A stretch of DNA of 64,000 bases from Macrostomum hystrix (GCA_950097015.1 CATNEN010000001.1:930001-994000), one strand, 5' to 3'; positions 1-12,066 are shown, numbered from the stretch's first letter. Translations and numbers: made by a program. The notes: generated by a model from the letters alone, not told the origin.

Positions 1-746
1 AGATGGCTGAAATTCCTAGCAATAATAAATGCTTGAAACAATAATTAACTTTGCAAAATAACTTTTCCTATGTTTCGTGAAGAAATGGCAGGAAAAAATC
101 TCATGAGTCTTTGTATTTATTTCGTCTTGTTTAATTAATTTCAGTGTCAACTTTGTTGATCGGTTTGAAATTCACACGTGCATTACATATCAGTTTAACG
201 GAGAAGTGAAAGTGAAAACGAAGGTTTGCAGTGCATTGCAGCTTAAAAAGTTATTTGCTCGAGCCAAAATAAACGTAATTCTCAAATTCTATGTCTGAAA
301 TATGTTTCTGATTTTCTAACTATTGCTGTGTGACTGGCTTTTTGAAGGGCAAAAACACTTTTTGACTGGCTGTTGTTAAGCCAAAGTGGCGTCAAGACTG
401 ACAATGCCGTAGGAAATTAGCGCTGTACACTGTGAAAGTTCTAACTACAACTATGTAATGCTGCTGCAATTACAATTAATTGTCACATTCTCAATCGCAA
501 TCTCAAAGAGAACGTCTCAGAGAACTTTAAGCCCGTCAGAACTTCAGAATAAAGCCGCCTGTCCACCTGTGTTGACAGTCATTTTTTAATTCACACGCTC
601 GCTGCAACGAGCTTTTTTGTGAACTCTAATTGTTGAGAGGTCCTCAAAGAATTGGTGATATTTCTTGTTTACTTATGAGGTTTGTTTTTAGAGATAAGGC
701 ACATTTGGGAGAATCTAGGCGGAACATGACAGCTAAAACTTCATTT

Positions 747-817
747 CACGAGTGAAGCGGGGATAGAGGAAACAGGAAGCCGGGGGTTGGCGGTGGGGGT
801 GTACTTATAAACTCGTG
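747..817 (+). promoter_or_regulatory. Putative core promoter of the HES-like gene: TATA box flanked by two N-box (CACGAG) sites
   Basis: TATAAA at about 806-811, roughly 80 bp upstream of ATG 891; CACGAG at 747-752 and its reverse complement CTCGTG at 812-817. HES proteins autoregulate through CACNAG N-boxes. Confidence 0.45.
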
Positions 818-890
818 CGGCGGCCGGTCGATGGCAAAATTTCGAGCTCCGAATTAAAAAAACAGACGAACCACACGCCCAGTAGAGTTG

Positions 891-1243
891 ATGGAGCATA
901 GGAGAATCAGCAAGCAGGTGATGGAGCGGCAGCGCAGAGCCAGAATTAATGCCAGCTTCGAAAAACTCATACAGCTGCTGAAGGCCAACAAGGTGATAAA
1001 ACCGTACCGGCTTCAGCGTCTAGAGAAGGCCGAAATCCTGGAGCTGAATGTCGAGCTGCTGCTGAATGGCGCAGCCAAGACTCAATCTGCGGCCATAAGC
1101 TTCTGCTGCAAGTCTTCGGCCTCATCAACGGTGTCGGCTTTGTCTACTGACGAAGAATCTAGCCAGTCGATAGACCAGCATCATCATCAGCAGCAGCAGC
1201 ATCAGCATCAGGATAAAGCCAGCCTGTGCGGCGTCCTTGGTAA
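891..1243 (+). pseudogene. HES/hairy/E(spl)-like bHLH repressor, intronless, frameshifted just before a degenerate WRPW terminus
   Basis: RRISKQVMERQRRARINASFEKL...RLEKAEILELNV matches the HES bHLH. A shifted frame at 1223-1243 reads PVRRPW* (canonical VWRPW*). As assembled the ORF runs on to 1343. Confidence 0.8.
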
Positions 1244-1471
1244 CCGGCCCCTGGAAACAGCATGCGGCATTACAAATCAACTTAGTGAACTTGTTTCGTT
1301 ATTTTTCGTTATTCAGTTGTGCTCAGTGCTCATGTGCTCATAAATATATGTGTGCTCGTATGCTCATAATTGTGTTCAGACCTGTAGACGCTGCACTTTT
1401 ACGGCCTTCCGGTTGGTCTTTCTTGACGTGCTTGGTGTCGTGGAGCTGCTGCTTTCTCTTCCTGGAGATTC

Positions 1472-1730
1472 TATGATGAGAATCTATGATGAAAACTAGG
1501 ATGAGAATCTAGGATGAGAATATAAAATGAGAATATAAAATGAGAATCCAGGATGAGAATCGTAAATACAATGCAACTCGGATACCTGCGAAATATAAGT
1601 CCTGCATCTCACTACCACACTTCCTCTCACTCTGCTGCATCTCACTACCACACTTCCTCTCACCCTACTGCATCTCACTACCACACTTCCTCTCACCCTA
1701 CTGATCTCCCTTTCACCCTACTGATCTCCC
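1472..1730. repeat. Two short tandem repeats: GATGAGAAT-based units, then about 33-bp CTGCATCTCACTACCACACTTCCTCTCACCCTA units
   Basis: Direct repeats visible in the sequence; they explain the repetitive ORFs at 1496-1780. Confidence 0.85.
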
Positions 1731-1786
1731 CCACAGAAACCTTCTTCAGATTTCAGTCGCTCCAGCACCGCCTGCTTTAGCTTATT

Positions 1787-3700
1787 TTATCCGGCAGACA
1801 AAAACGTAACCGGGTGCGACGTCAGCCACTCGCGACTGATCCGATTCAGTACAGTCGTGGGTATGGCAGCAAGAGTACGCGGCAAATGCCACGCCAAGCG
1901 GGTGCGCAACTCTAGCGTGATAGACAGTTGAAGTGCGCCTTGCATGCACTGCCGCTCCATCGACGTGTACAAGCTCTCTACGATGGCCTCAGGGCAGCCC
2001 TTGGCAAGGGCCCAATCTAAGAGCGCGCAAAGTGGCTTGCCTAGTTGTGTGTACAATTGGTCATCGTTGTACATGGCTTTTATAAACGCCTGTTCCTGTA
2101 CTTTGAGTTTAACAGGTCCTTGTCCGAAGTCAATCGCAAATTCATCCGATACTTCGGTTAACGCCAGTGTCAGCACTCGGTCGTCTGGCACAGTGTCACC
2201 GAAAAGCACTCGCCGACAGTGGGCCGAGGTGCTATCTTCACCCCAGACAATCTGCTTGAGCGTGTCGCGCCAGAGGGTGTGCAGATCAACTGGTTGCAAG
2301 TCGGCTGAATCGAATAGGTCGCGCAGACTGCGTCGTGAACGAGCGGCTTCAGCGGCCATGGTGAAAGCATTTCGACCATAGACCACAAAGTGCGCTTCGT
2401 GCCTCAAAAACACTGTGGCGCCGGATGACCCACGACGAAGACGACCGCACATAGCTCCAACAACCAGCAAGGCCAAACGCTGACGACAGAAGATTAATAA
2501 AACTCGGGATAGAGTGGGACGTTCGTACACTGAGACGGTCACCTAAGGCTGTCACTAACTCAACGCCTGCAGACAAGGCCCATTTAAGTGTGGATCTGAC
2601 GTTGCGACCAGCGTGCCTACTCTCCAATTCAGAATCCGACTCTGAGTCGCTGCTCGAGTCCTCACTGTCACTGATGTGACGGCACCTACGGTCCAAAATA
2701 CACTGAGGAACAGTAGTGGTCGTGGCCAAATCAACGTCGTGGTAGACACCCTTCTGTAGGTCGGTTATATTGGTTAACAGCAATGGCAGATACTGCCGGA
2801 GATCTTGATTTGCTGCAGTAGCTGACGCAAATGAATCCAGCTCTCCATCCATGTTCTGGAACTCGTGTAACTGGGATAAAGCGGCTTTTTTTGCTCCAGC
2901 TCCACAGACAGCCTCGAGATATCCTCGACCATGCTCCAGACAGGCAGCTGTAGGTCCTGGCAGCGTAGCATAGTTGCATAGAACGGTTTCATCACTTCGC
3001 TAAAGATCAGCAACTCAGTATTTATGTGCTTGTGTAATTTTATTGTTAATATTAAAAACTGAAGTAATGTCTACCGACTACCGGCACTAGCCTCCGATTA
3101 GTTATCATATATGGCTGCTTTCTCTCTTATTATTTATTTTTCGTTTAGCAGTGATAATTATACAATAAGTAAAAAAGTAAGTGACAGGCTTACTTCGCCA
3201 ATGCCGTTGCCTGGCCGCCCGAGAGACTGGCATCAGCACTGCTGTACACGTCAGGCGCACCAAGGCAATACGCCCTTCGCAGTCCATCTCCGTGAAACGC
3301 GCACTCCATTACAGCTTGGTTAGTCGTACGCGCTGGAGTGCTTTTGTCCATAGTAAGACAAAAAAAGGAGGCAGAGAAGTAGACGGCAGAGGATCTTCTA
3401 AATCTGCGGCCACGATACGCATGATAATGCGATCGGCTGTCTCCCATATGGAGTTACAAACCTTGCGGCCATGCTGCTTGTCTCCAATGTAAACGTTGTT
3501 GACATAACGCATTGCGTTAAATCCCTCTTATTGTGTGGCTCCAGTCCCAGAGAGCACGACCGACAAGCCGGAAGTTACCAGAGCCTTTGCTGCAGTCATG
3601 TGGCGATTAAGCTGCTCGGATTCACTTCCTAGCTCACCGAAAGCTCTGAAAGGTGAAAGAAGAGTAGCAGGTAAGCGTTCTGTGACGTTGTCACTTGTTG
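1787..3700 (-). mobile_element. Degenerate hAT-like DDE transposase remnant (several frameshifts)
   Basis: FFCLTMDKST resembles the first catalytic D motif of hAT transposases; LAKGCPEAIVESLYTSM...LELR resembles the hAT C-terminal dimerisation region; fragments lie in different frames. Confidence 0.5.
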
Positions 3701-3972
3701 CAGGCGCCCCTATGAATTAAATTTACGCGTTAATTTACGTAGCTAATTTACATGCGTACTAACTAGGGCCGTTTTACTGATGTCATTAGGCTATCATCCA
3801 TTTTTACAGTTTCGTGTGGTTAGTTGTAATTTTTAGTGTTACTGTGAGTAGGCGTTGATGCACATCGCGCTGCCCCAGCTTGTTTTTCGCTAGTGTCTCA
3901 ATGTCGTCTGCCCAGACCAGTGTACTTAAACGCTCATTGGCTGGGGCCAGATTCTAGATTTATCGATCGCCA

Positions 3973-4338
3973 TGTTCTGCAGTTTGTTAGTTTATTTAAC
4001 CAAGGGCTTTAGGCCCGCTCGCGCTCCACTTGGCCGTTCCTTACCGTGTCCTTGGCCGTTCCTTACCGTGTCTTTGCCGTGTCCATTCTCTCGCCGTGCC
4101 GTTCCGTTCCGTGCTGTCTCTGTTTCTTTCCGCGTACCGTTTCTGTTCTTTTCGCGCCCACTCTGTACTGCCACTCTGCTATCATCCGCTGTCTTCGTAT
4201 TCGCTGCAATCGTTGAGCTCCTGCACCTTTCCTTTAACCACATTGCTTGTCGTGCATCCCAGTGAAATAAACAAGAATAAAAGTGCTACTGATGTGGAGT
4301 GTACTACGGGAATCGAGTGGGAATGTGAGCCAGCAGAA
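3973..4338 (+). mobile_element. Possible solo LTR
   Basis: Starts TGTTCTGC and ends with near-inverted GCAGAA; two AATAAA signals at about 4266-4281; internal short repeats. No clear TSD. Confidence 0.25.
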
Positions 4339-4629
4339 TTTTTCGAATTTTTAGGAATTAATAATCGCGACCCAACTAGCAGCTGGCCACAAAAACAAGA
4401 TCATTAATCTTAGGGCCGGGTTTGGGGCGGCGGTGAATTAAGTAGCCGACAAATCCCCTCTCTCTGGATCTGTTCTAGACCCCCGTAGGAATGACTGATC
4501 GCGGGCCATAACTTTATTGTATGAGCTACACCTTTTTGCACTCAAATTCGTAATTTCTGCAATCAAGTTCAATAAAAACTGCATTCATATTCGGACAAAC
4601 TCTATGGCTATACTTGTGAACTGCAAGCA

Positions 4630-4830
4630 AATACGGCAAACTGCGTTTAAGTTCGGCAAAATGCATTAAAATTCGGCAAAATGCATTCAAAGTCGGCAAA
4701 ATGCATTCGAATTCGGCAAACTGCATTCAAATTCGGCACCAGCTCAACCAGATACAAAAATATCTATGGCACAAGCCCATCATATTGATCCAACTGCATT
4801 CAAATTCGCCAAACTGCAAGCAAATTCGGC
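4630..4830. repeat. Degenerate about 21-bp tandem repeat (TTCGGCAAAATGCATTCAAA-like)
   Basis: Direct repeats visible in the sequence. Confidence 0.75.
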
Positions 4831-5625
4831 AGCAGAAGTATGAGAAAAGGAATGGGGTGTATTGTGCTGTGACTAAGTACTGAATAAACCAATTTCTAAT
4901 GACAGACAGTAACAGTGCATATGTGAAACAATGAAAAGTACTTAAATAGGTCAATAAGAACCACAAACAAGATTTAAACCGGACAATTCAAAACATTTTG
5001 GTGAGCAATTAAAAAAAGTTCGAACAATGCGAAAATAATGGTCATTTGCCAGTTTCAGCGACTAGTCACCGAGAATTTCCTGCCGAGCAAGGTAGCGAGG
5101 CACGAATGAAAAACACGAAAAATGAAAATGAAGATAAGAAAATGATTTCATAAGAAAATGAAAAACATTGTACCACGCATTGCAGTTTGCTGGTGTAACG
5201 GTCATAACGGTGTTATCAGCGAATCGGCGCAGCTCGTCAAACCTAAATTGCACGAGACTTCTTCCGGCGCGGGCCTCTGCGGTCTAGGGTTTATAACTTT
5301 TCTCGGGTAAAAACAAGCTTAGCCATATTAGCAACTCCACCCCATTCCTTTTCTCATAAAACATAGATATAAGGACTTCCAGTCGAATTATGCGGGATGT
5401 TATTATTATATGGCGCTGTAACTTGGCGCTCTCCGGGATTTTATTTTGTAGCCGTGGCTGGGTTACAGCCATAGACGATATTAAGCAAACCCACTCAACG
5501 TCATTCAATAGCAGTGAGCGACAACCAGTAATGAAAAAACAAAAGTACAACGATATGAAGGGTGACAGGGAGATTTGCAAAACAGTCTTTGCGGCAGAGA
5601 AACACAGTTTCATACAGCGGATACT

Positions 5626-7015
5626 TCACACAGGCCCATCAGGAGACACTCCGACGTTCGTTGGCCCGATGTTCTGCACGACCGTGCAGTTATTGAAGAC
5701 GAACGTGTGTCCGCCGCATCGCGAATCACTTGCCACCTCCGGGACCACCTTGCCGTCGACCACCAGGCTTGACGTCTTGATCAGATTCATCGATGTCCGC
5801 TTGTACGCGCGCACGCCTTCTACGCTGCGGTGTCCCGTGCGCTCCATGATAATCTGCTCGTCCACTCCGGCTTGGTACAGGCGCGTCGCACATGTTGCCC
5901 TCAGGCTGTGGTTGGTCAGCTTGGGGACGCCAGAGTCGGTGGTTATGTCGGCCATCATCTTGCACAATTGGTTCTTGCCAATCGGTCTGGATGTGAACCA
6001 CACCGTGTTGCTCTCCCAGTTCTTAGCTGGCTGCAGGTAGAACCTCTACACACCTGATGGTCGCACCTTCAGAAACTTCTTGAACGCTGTCAGGTGGCAG
6101 ATGCGGTTGCCTAGATGGGACGTAGATGGGACGTATACCCGGTCCACTAGTTTGTGCCGTTTGTCATTGAGGCCACCTTGATTGGTCTTTGACGTTGCCT
6201 CCTTGTAAACAAGGCACTCTTCATTCTCGCGCACTGCAACCTGCAGCTGCGTCAGTAGCATACCCGCGTGCTCCACACCGCCACGCAGGGCAAAATGAAG
6301 TCCGTTGAGGAAGAAGAGTGTCTTCGTCAACCGGACGGGATCGTCCACGCCGAGAACTCCGGACTGCCAGATCTTCTCCTCGTCGGACACGCAGAGGATT
6401 CCAGCAGGCTTAGCGTTGAGAGACGAACCAGCTGCGGTTGACAATTTCATGGCCGCGTCCAGGGAGTCTCTGAATGGCCGCAGCTCCGCAGACTTGAACA
6501 GATCAACAGTCGGATTGGCCTCGCGAATGACCGCCTGAAGTCCAGCGGCGATTGACACGAGTGAACCGCCAGGATATCGGTCGCCATTCACTTTTCGCAC
6601 CTCATGGATGAAACGGCCCAGCGTCGTATCATCTCCTCGATGGTGAACTCCGTGATGGGCTTCACGGCGACGGTGCTACCACGCGCATTTATCCACTCTT
6701 GGAAGGTTCGCAGGGCCCACTTGTTGCGATTGACAGTGCCCCTCGGACGAACAGATTGGTTTAACACCCCAATTTCGCCGACTACAGCGAATCGCCTGCC
6801 ATCCGCCTCGCCGTTGTTCACCGCTCCGTCCGTGCCTTCCAGTTCTCTCAGCGCGCCTTCGATTGGCTCTACTCCTTCTAGATTTTCAAGCTCCAATTCT
6901 CGCTGTTCATTCATCGCAGCGGCCAGCCATTGATGTTCACGCATATCGCGATCAGGGTGTGACTCTACGGACGCTACGAACGCGGCTGGCAACACATTCG
7001 GGTCAAAGTTACCAA
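5626..7015 (-). pseudogene. Crypton-type tyrosine recombinase (DUF3504 / ZMYM-KCTD1-QRICH1-related), one frameshift and one in-frame stop
   Basis: Motifs EVRKVNGDRYP..SL, GLHFALRGG.EH, SKTNQGGL, RFYLQP, WF...PIGKN, TNHSLRAT, RTGHRS and AYKR give the R-K-HxxR-H-Y set. In-frame TAG at 6046-6048 separates two same-frame ORFs; frameshift near 6630. Confidence 0.88.
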
Positions 7016-7019
7016 CATA

Positions 7020-7760
7020 ATATGTATATGTTAAGGTATTTTCGCGAAAATACTGCTATGCTATTAAACAAAGGTAGTTGTCGGTATTTTTGCAAAAGTT
7101 ATTAAAGTAGGTTATATGCGTGGCTATATGTTAAGGTATTTTCGCGAAAATACTGCTATGCTATTAAACAAAGGTAGTTGGCGGTATTTTTGCAAAAGTT
7201 CTTGAAGTTGTGTGCGTGACTATATCTTAAGGTATTTTCGCGAAAATACTGCTATGCTATTAAACGCAGGTAGTAAAGGTAGTTTGTGGTATTTTTGCAA
7301 AAGTTATTAAAGTAGTGTGCATGGCTACATCTTAAGGTATTTTCGCGAAAATACTGCTATGCTATTAAACAAAGGTAGTTGGCGGTATTTTTGCATAAGT
7401 TATTAAATTAGGTTATATGCGTGGCTATATCTTAAGGTATTTTCGCGAAAATACTGCTATGCTATTAAACAAAGGTAGTTGGCGGTATTTTTGCAAAAGT
7501 TATTAAATTAGGTTATATGCGTGGCTATATGTTAAGGTATTTTCGCGAAAATACTGCTATGCTATTAAACAAAGGTAGTTGGCGGTATTTTTGCAAAAGT
7601 TCTTGAAGTTGTGTGCGTGGCTATATCTTAAGGTATTTTCGCGAAAATACATGCATATTATTAGACTAAGTATCTTGTACATTTTTAACCATAGACATAT
7701 TTAGTATTTCTGAAAATTGCCAAGAGTCATGAGTGCATTTTTTTCGCGAAAAGACTATAT
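7020..7760. repeat. Palindrome array 1: 7 units of about 100 bp, each with GTATTTTCGCGAAAATAC and TTTTGCAAAA
   Basis: Palindrome cores at about 7036, 7136, 7232, 7338, 7437, 7537 and 7633; spacer sequences are nearly identical. Confidence 0.95.
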
Positions 7761-8094
7761 ATTATCTATATATTGTATTGAATACCTGTGAATGAAAAAT
7801 AATGACAGTTTTTTTTGCAAAAATACTAACGATACGATGATGAACATATTTTTGCGAAAGAACATGTTCTAAAACAAATACAAACTGCGAAATTGCTTTG
7901 AGTACTAACATACAAACAATAATGCTTAACATAGTGCTGATGATTGTTGGTGATGGTATTTTCGCGAAAAGATTAGTGTATTTTCAATCATTTACAACAC
8001 AACACATATGTAGATATCAAATAGTATTGATAATCAGAAGCTTTATAAAATCACTGTAATTTATCATAGTGAATGTATTTTTTATAATATCATT

Positions 8095-8868
8095 TCAAAC
8101 TTGTGCCTCCTCAATTGCAATCGCTACTGCTGCTGACGCTTCCGCCTCTTCAGCTGCGGCATACAATAGGCAGTCGTCAGCTGGGTCAAATGTACAGCTA
8201 CTGGCTGTCATCGCTGCTGCTGACGCCTCTGCCTCTTCAGCTGCGGCATACAATAGGCAGTCGTCAGCTGGATCAAATAAACAGCTACTGGCTGCCATCG
8301 CTGCCGCTGCTGCTGACGCCTCTGCCTCTTCAGCTGCGGCATACAATAGGCAGTCGTCAGCTGGGTCAAATAAGCAGCTACTGGCTGCCATCGCTGCCGC
8401 TGCTGCTGACGCCTCTGCCTCTTCAGCTGCGGCATACAATAGGCAGTCGTCAGCTGGGTCAAATAAGCAGCTACTGGCTGCCATCGCTGCCGCTGCTGCT
8501 GACGCCTCCGCCTCTTCAGCTGCGGCATACAAAAGCTCGTCATCAGCTGGGTCAAATAAGCAGCTACTGGCTGCCATCGCTGCCGCTGCTGCTGACGCCT
8601 CCGCCTCTTCAGCTGCGGCATATAAAAGCTCGTCGTCAGCTGAGTCTAAGCAATTGGCTGCCATCGCCGCTTCGACCTCTTCAGCTACGGCGTATAACAA
8701 ATGGTCGTCTGCCAGGCCGAATACAAAACTGTATGTTGAATTGTATGTTTCATCATACCCGTAGTCATCATAGCCTGGCTCTTCATTCAGCTCAACGTCA
8801 TCGTCGTGACAGTTTGATGTCTCCGCATCGTTTAGAGTTGGCGCTGATGATGATGGTGATGCAGGCAT
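8095..8868 (-). CDS. Element gene 1: acidic Ala-rich protein with 7 tandem DDxLLYAAAEEAE motifs (93-bp unit)
   Basis: ATG-initiated 257-aa ORF; homolog at 45030-45839 keeps the start, the frame and the motif count, with only in-frame indels. Confidence 0.7.
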   Translation of the reverse strand: MPASPSSSAPTLNDAETSNCHDDDVELNEEPGYDDYGYDETYNSTYSFVFGLADDHLLYAVAEEVEAAMAANCLDSADDELLYAAAEEAEASAAAAAMAASSCLFDPADDELLYAAAEEAEASAAAAAMAASSCLFDPADDCLLYAAAEEAEASAAAAAMAASSCLFDPADDCLLYAAAEEAEASAAAAAMAASSCLFDPADDCLLYAAAEEAEASAAAMTASSCTFDPADDCLLYAAAEEAEASAAVAIAIEEAQV

Positions 8869-9105
8869 GGCGAGACAATGGGGGTAGTATTTAAAATGCT
8901 TAACTTGTTTAATTTACTTAATTAATTGTCCAAAGTTTAAACTGCATTGACTGCAGCATATTCTTAATAACATAAGATTATTAGCAAGCTGGTTACCATA
9001 GACTAGCGATCGGGTTTTTTAGTTATTTTCTTTACTAAGGTAAGTGGCGTAACTTATTTACACATTTTAGATTATTAATTATTGTTTCAAATAAAAAACT
9101 ACAAC

Positions 9106-9564
9106 ATGTCATCCCTGGGTGGGTGGCACAATGGCGGAGATCGAGATCGAGATATCGACAGAGAGGATCACAACTCTGGCAACGACAAACCGATCTCGTG
9201 CCCTACCGTCAGTAGCAGCACGGATGTCGTGATTGGCACTGAGCGGCGTCGACGAAGGCACAGTTCGGATAGTAGTTCAGACTCCGATTTTGCTATTCTG
9301 CCTTCACGTCAACGTGTTCAGTACGTATTGCATCGTCCAGGTGTCGTGCGCATTTACAATAAGAGATTTGGAATTGTGAACGCCAATCCGACACGTGATT
9401 TAGCCGGCCAATTGCAACTGCCGCAGCATGCGCAAGTGACCGATATACAGTCACCAATTATAAGCAGCAGCAGCAGCAACAGTAACAATGGCGGCACTGG
9501 CACTGAAAGAGAGCGCGGCGATGCCAATCGTGCTGCAAATAACCCAGATTTGAATGACATGTAG
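9106..9564 (+). CDS. Element gene 2: small protein with RRRRRH basic patch, unknown function
   Basis: ATG at 9106, divergent from gene 1; homologs at about 46070-46560 and 60146-60234. Confidence 0.5.
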   Translation: MSSLGGWHNGGDRDRDIDREDHNSGNDKPISCPTVSSSTDVVIGTERRRRRHSSDSSSDSDFAILPSRQRVQYVLHRPGVVRIYNKRFGIVNANPTRDLAGQLQLPQHAQVTDIQSPIISSSSSNSNNGGTGTERERGDANRAANNPDLNDM

Positions 9565-10089
9565 CAATTGTTTTGTTAAGCACTGTGTTAAGCACTGTTT
9601 CCATTGCTTATAATGAAATTAATTAACTGATTAATATAATTAGAAGTTTCATGTATTTGATTCATACATCAGAGTATTTAAAGTCGACAGTTCATGATGC
9701 CTGCAAATGTTTTAAAGTACTTTTATATACACTAGCTCTCGTTCACCTTCACGTGGTATATTCAAAGCATAAGAGTTTGCCGTCACTATTGACAATATAT
9801 TGTCGCGTTTACCATTAATCATAATCAGACGACTGATGAGATCAGTCAGTAATAAAATATTAATACGCGAACACAGATGTGTGCAGGTAGTCAACCGGTA
9901 ATTATTAATACGGTTTTTATTAAATTTCACCAATACATATAGAGTATAAATATATATAGAATTTCATTGGTTGAACAAATAATCGTGCCATTCTACAATT
10001 AGTCTGATTTGCAAAGTCGCGAGAGAAAAAATAAACGTGTAAACTATAATACATAAAATTCTGCATATAAATTCTGTATTTTACAGCAT

Positions 10090-10470
10090 TCATTGTTCGA
10101 TGTACCCGTAGCGAACTCCATGTACGATGAGCTGGAGTTCAGCTTGGGCGTCCTCAAAAAGCTCTAGCACTTCGATGATGTCTTGTGCTTCATCCTCTCT
10201 TATACCAGTCACGAACAAGACAGCCATATAGTCTTCTGCTGACCGGTGCTGTTGCAGCCATTGTTGAGTGCGCCGTAATAATAAGCATAACTCATTAGCG
10301 CTATACTCAGCATTTGGAACACCGCGCTGCAAACTAGGTAGCTGCTCGAAGCACCCTCGATGCGCTATGAACCGGCCAATGCAATCTATGCGACAGCTGA
10401 GAAAGAGTTGAAATATGTGCGGGTGAAGATACATTTGCACTAACTGCATCTGATGGGCAATGAATGACAT
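10090..10470 (-). CDS. Element gene 3: small predicted alpha-helical protein (this copy has a short C-terminal deletion)
   Basis: Close copies at 47042-47414 and 60630-61064; diverged paralog at 25608-26027 shares RG..EQL..LQR..P.AE, WL.QH, HG..Y and the IEQ* end. Confidence 0.7.
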   Translation of the reverse strand: MSFIAHQMQLVQMYLHPHIFQLFLSCRIDCIGRFIAHRGCFEQLPSLQRGVPNAEYSANELCLLLRRTQQWLQQHRSAEDYMAVLFVTGIREDEAQDIIEVLELFEDAQAELQLIVHGVRYGYIEQ

Positions 10471-10718
10471 GTTCAGTCAGTTAGTAAATCAAGCCAGCAT
10501 AAAGCTAAAAAAATAGTTAATTTAAAAATATTTTAAACTTTAATCAAAGCCCACATAGAGTATATTTTTTCGAACACAGATGAGTCAGTCCACAGACAAA
10601 TCCAATGAATACAGGCCAGCCAGGGTATTAAGAACAATAAATTTTTTATCGGCCAAGAAATCAGCCCACAACCAAACTTCGCAAGCAAAGCAGCAACAAC
10701 AGCACAACAACAGCAGCT

Positions 10719-11101
10719 ATGTCTACTTTCCCATTATTCCCGGCGGCGTTCCGGCACTACGTACTGGCGTCAGCCGCCGCCGAGTTAGAAGACGCAATGA
10801 GATCAACCATGGAGGTGGCAATGGAGGTAGCGGCGGCGGAAGCCTGGACGCCGGAACGGCGCCGGGCTGAAGAAAATATGACAGCCGCTATACGGCGGGT
10901 CCGGGCGGCCATGTTACGCATGGCCCGGGCCCGTCGTATAGCGGCAGGGCTGGATCCATATGTGAGTAGTAGATTTTGATTCCTTTCATTTGAATATTTA
11001 TGAACACATCTGCATTGTAACATCTAAGCTACTAAAGGAAACCTAACAAAATAAATGAAACCTAAAACCCATCTTTCATCCCGCAGCCGGGTGTCCTATG
11101 A
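10719..11101 (+). CDS. Element gene 4: about 85-aa helical Ala/Arg-rich protein, 2 exons (10719-10961, 11087-11101)
   Basis: Phase-0 donor TAT|GTGAGT and acceptor CGCAG|CCGGGTGTCCTATGA (PGVL*); the same intron position is kept in copies at 47.7-48.0 and 61.4-61.7 kb. Confidence 0.65.
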
Positions 11102-11479
11102 GAACCAGAGAACCTGGTTCAACACCAACAACACCAGCCGATCTGAGACATTCAATAGTTTCTCTTTGATAACTTTACCTCCTTTGTTATCTTACTGTCA
11201 ATACTGATTGGTCATACATCTCTGATACTGATACTGAAACGGATACATAAATACATCAAAACAATAAAACTGATTAAATGATTGAATGATTAAATTATTC
11301 ATGCTAATCTCGTCAATACGTGTTATGAATCGTTCTGTTATTTAATTACGTCTATTATTAACATTTGTGCGACAATAAGAACTCACTAACTGACAAGCAA
11401 AAAGAAACGAATTTTCGAGGTGCATTATTCCTTGTACATTATTGTACATTATTCAGCCATATAAGTTAGTTGGATAAGT

Positions 11480-11980
11480 TTGAAAAAGTAAAGTACAAAC
11501 GACGAATAAATTATTATACACTTTCGTATCGCTAGATATAAGATGTTACAAGATGCACTTTTAAAACGTGCAGACTATAGGTATGTAGTGCATTAAATTG
11601 TGCGTATTTTACCAAAGACATGTCTGCTTGGTACAGCTCGATTTTTCGCTATTTTTTATGTTCTTCGCATCCAAATTTTTCTTTCGAAAATACAGTTAGA
11701 TGTTTTTGGCCGTAGACACAAAAAACGGCTGCATATAATTCATATTGTATGCAGTATTTTTGCAAAAGTTCTTTAAGTAGCGTGGCCATATCTATGGTAT
11801 TTTCGCGAATATAGCCAGACATTTCATCTATAATTAGTATTTGCGCACTGCCAAAAACTTTTTCGCGAAAGTACATACGTATTCTTAAGTCAAAACGGCT
11901 ATGATCGTTGACTACTTGAGATCTGTGCATATTGTGCCAGTGGTAAAAAGGTAAGAAGGCTCTTGTGGAAGACAGTATCA
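11480..11980. repeat. Conserved non-coding block of the element family
   Basis: Aligns by eye with about 20150-20630 and 62030-62400, and partly with about 48600-48660; contains TTTTCGCGAA and TTTTGCAAAA sites. Confidence 0.8.
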
Positions 11981-11994
11981 TTAGCCATCGTTAC

Positions 11995-12066
11995 CATCGG
12001 GCCGTACGTTAGCCAGATTTCAGTTTTTTTCTGAAAGATTTCATCTGGCTAACGTACGGCCCGATG
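11995..12066. repeat. Perfect 24-bp inverted repeat hairpin (MITE-like insertion)
   Basis: CATCGGGCCGTACGTTAGCCAGAT ... ATCTGGCTAACGTACGGCCCGATG; absent from the homologous position near 20630. Confidence 0.8.

Noticed and set aside
170-597. TTCACACG at about 171 and 590 as half of a Su(H)/CSL paired site for the HES-like gene
   Set aside because: No GTGGGAA partner at the expected spacing; could be chance.
5390-6040. 216-aa plus-strand ORF and other antisense ORFs over transposon genes
   Set aside because: Antisense shadows of GC-rich coding sequence whose motifs lie on the opposite strand.
7020-7760. CRISPR array interpretation of the palindromic repeats
   Set aside because: Spacers are near-identical rather than unique, no cas genes are present, and the context is eukaryotic.
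8069-8894. Plus-strand ORFs over gene 1 (also 44855-45732)
   Set aside because: Shadows of the 93-bp repeat; their starts are not conserved between copies, whereas the minus-strand ATG and N-terminus are.
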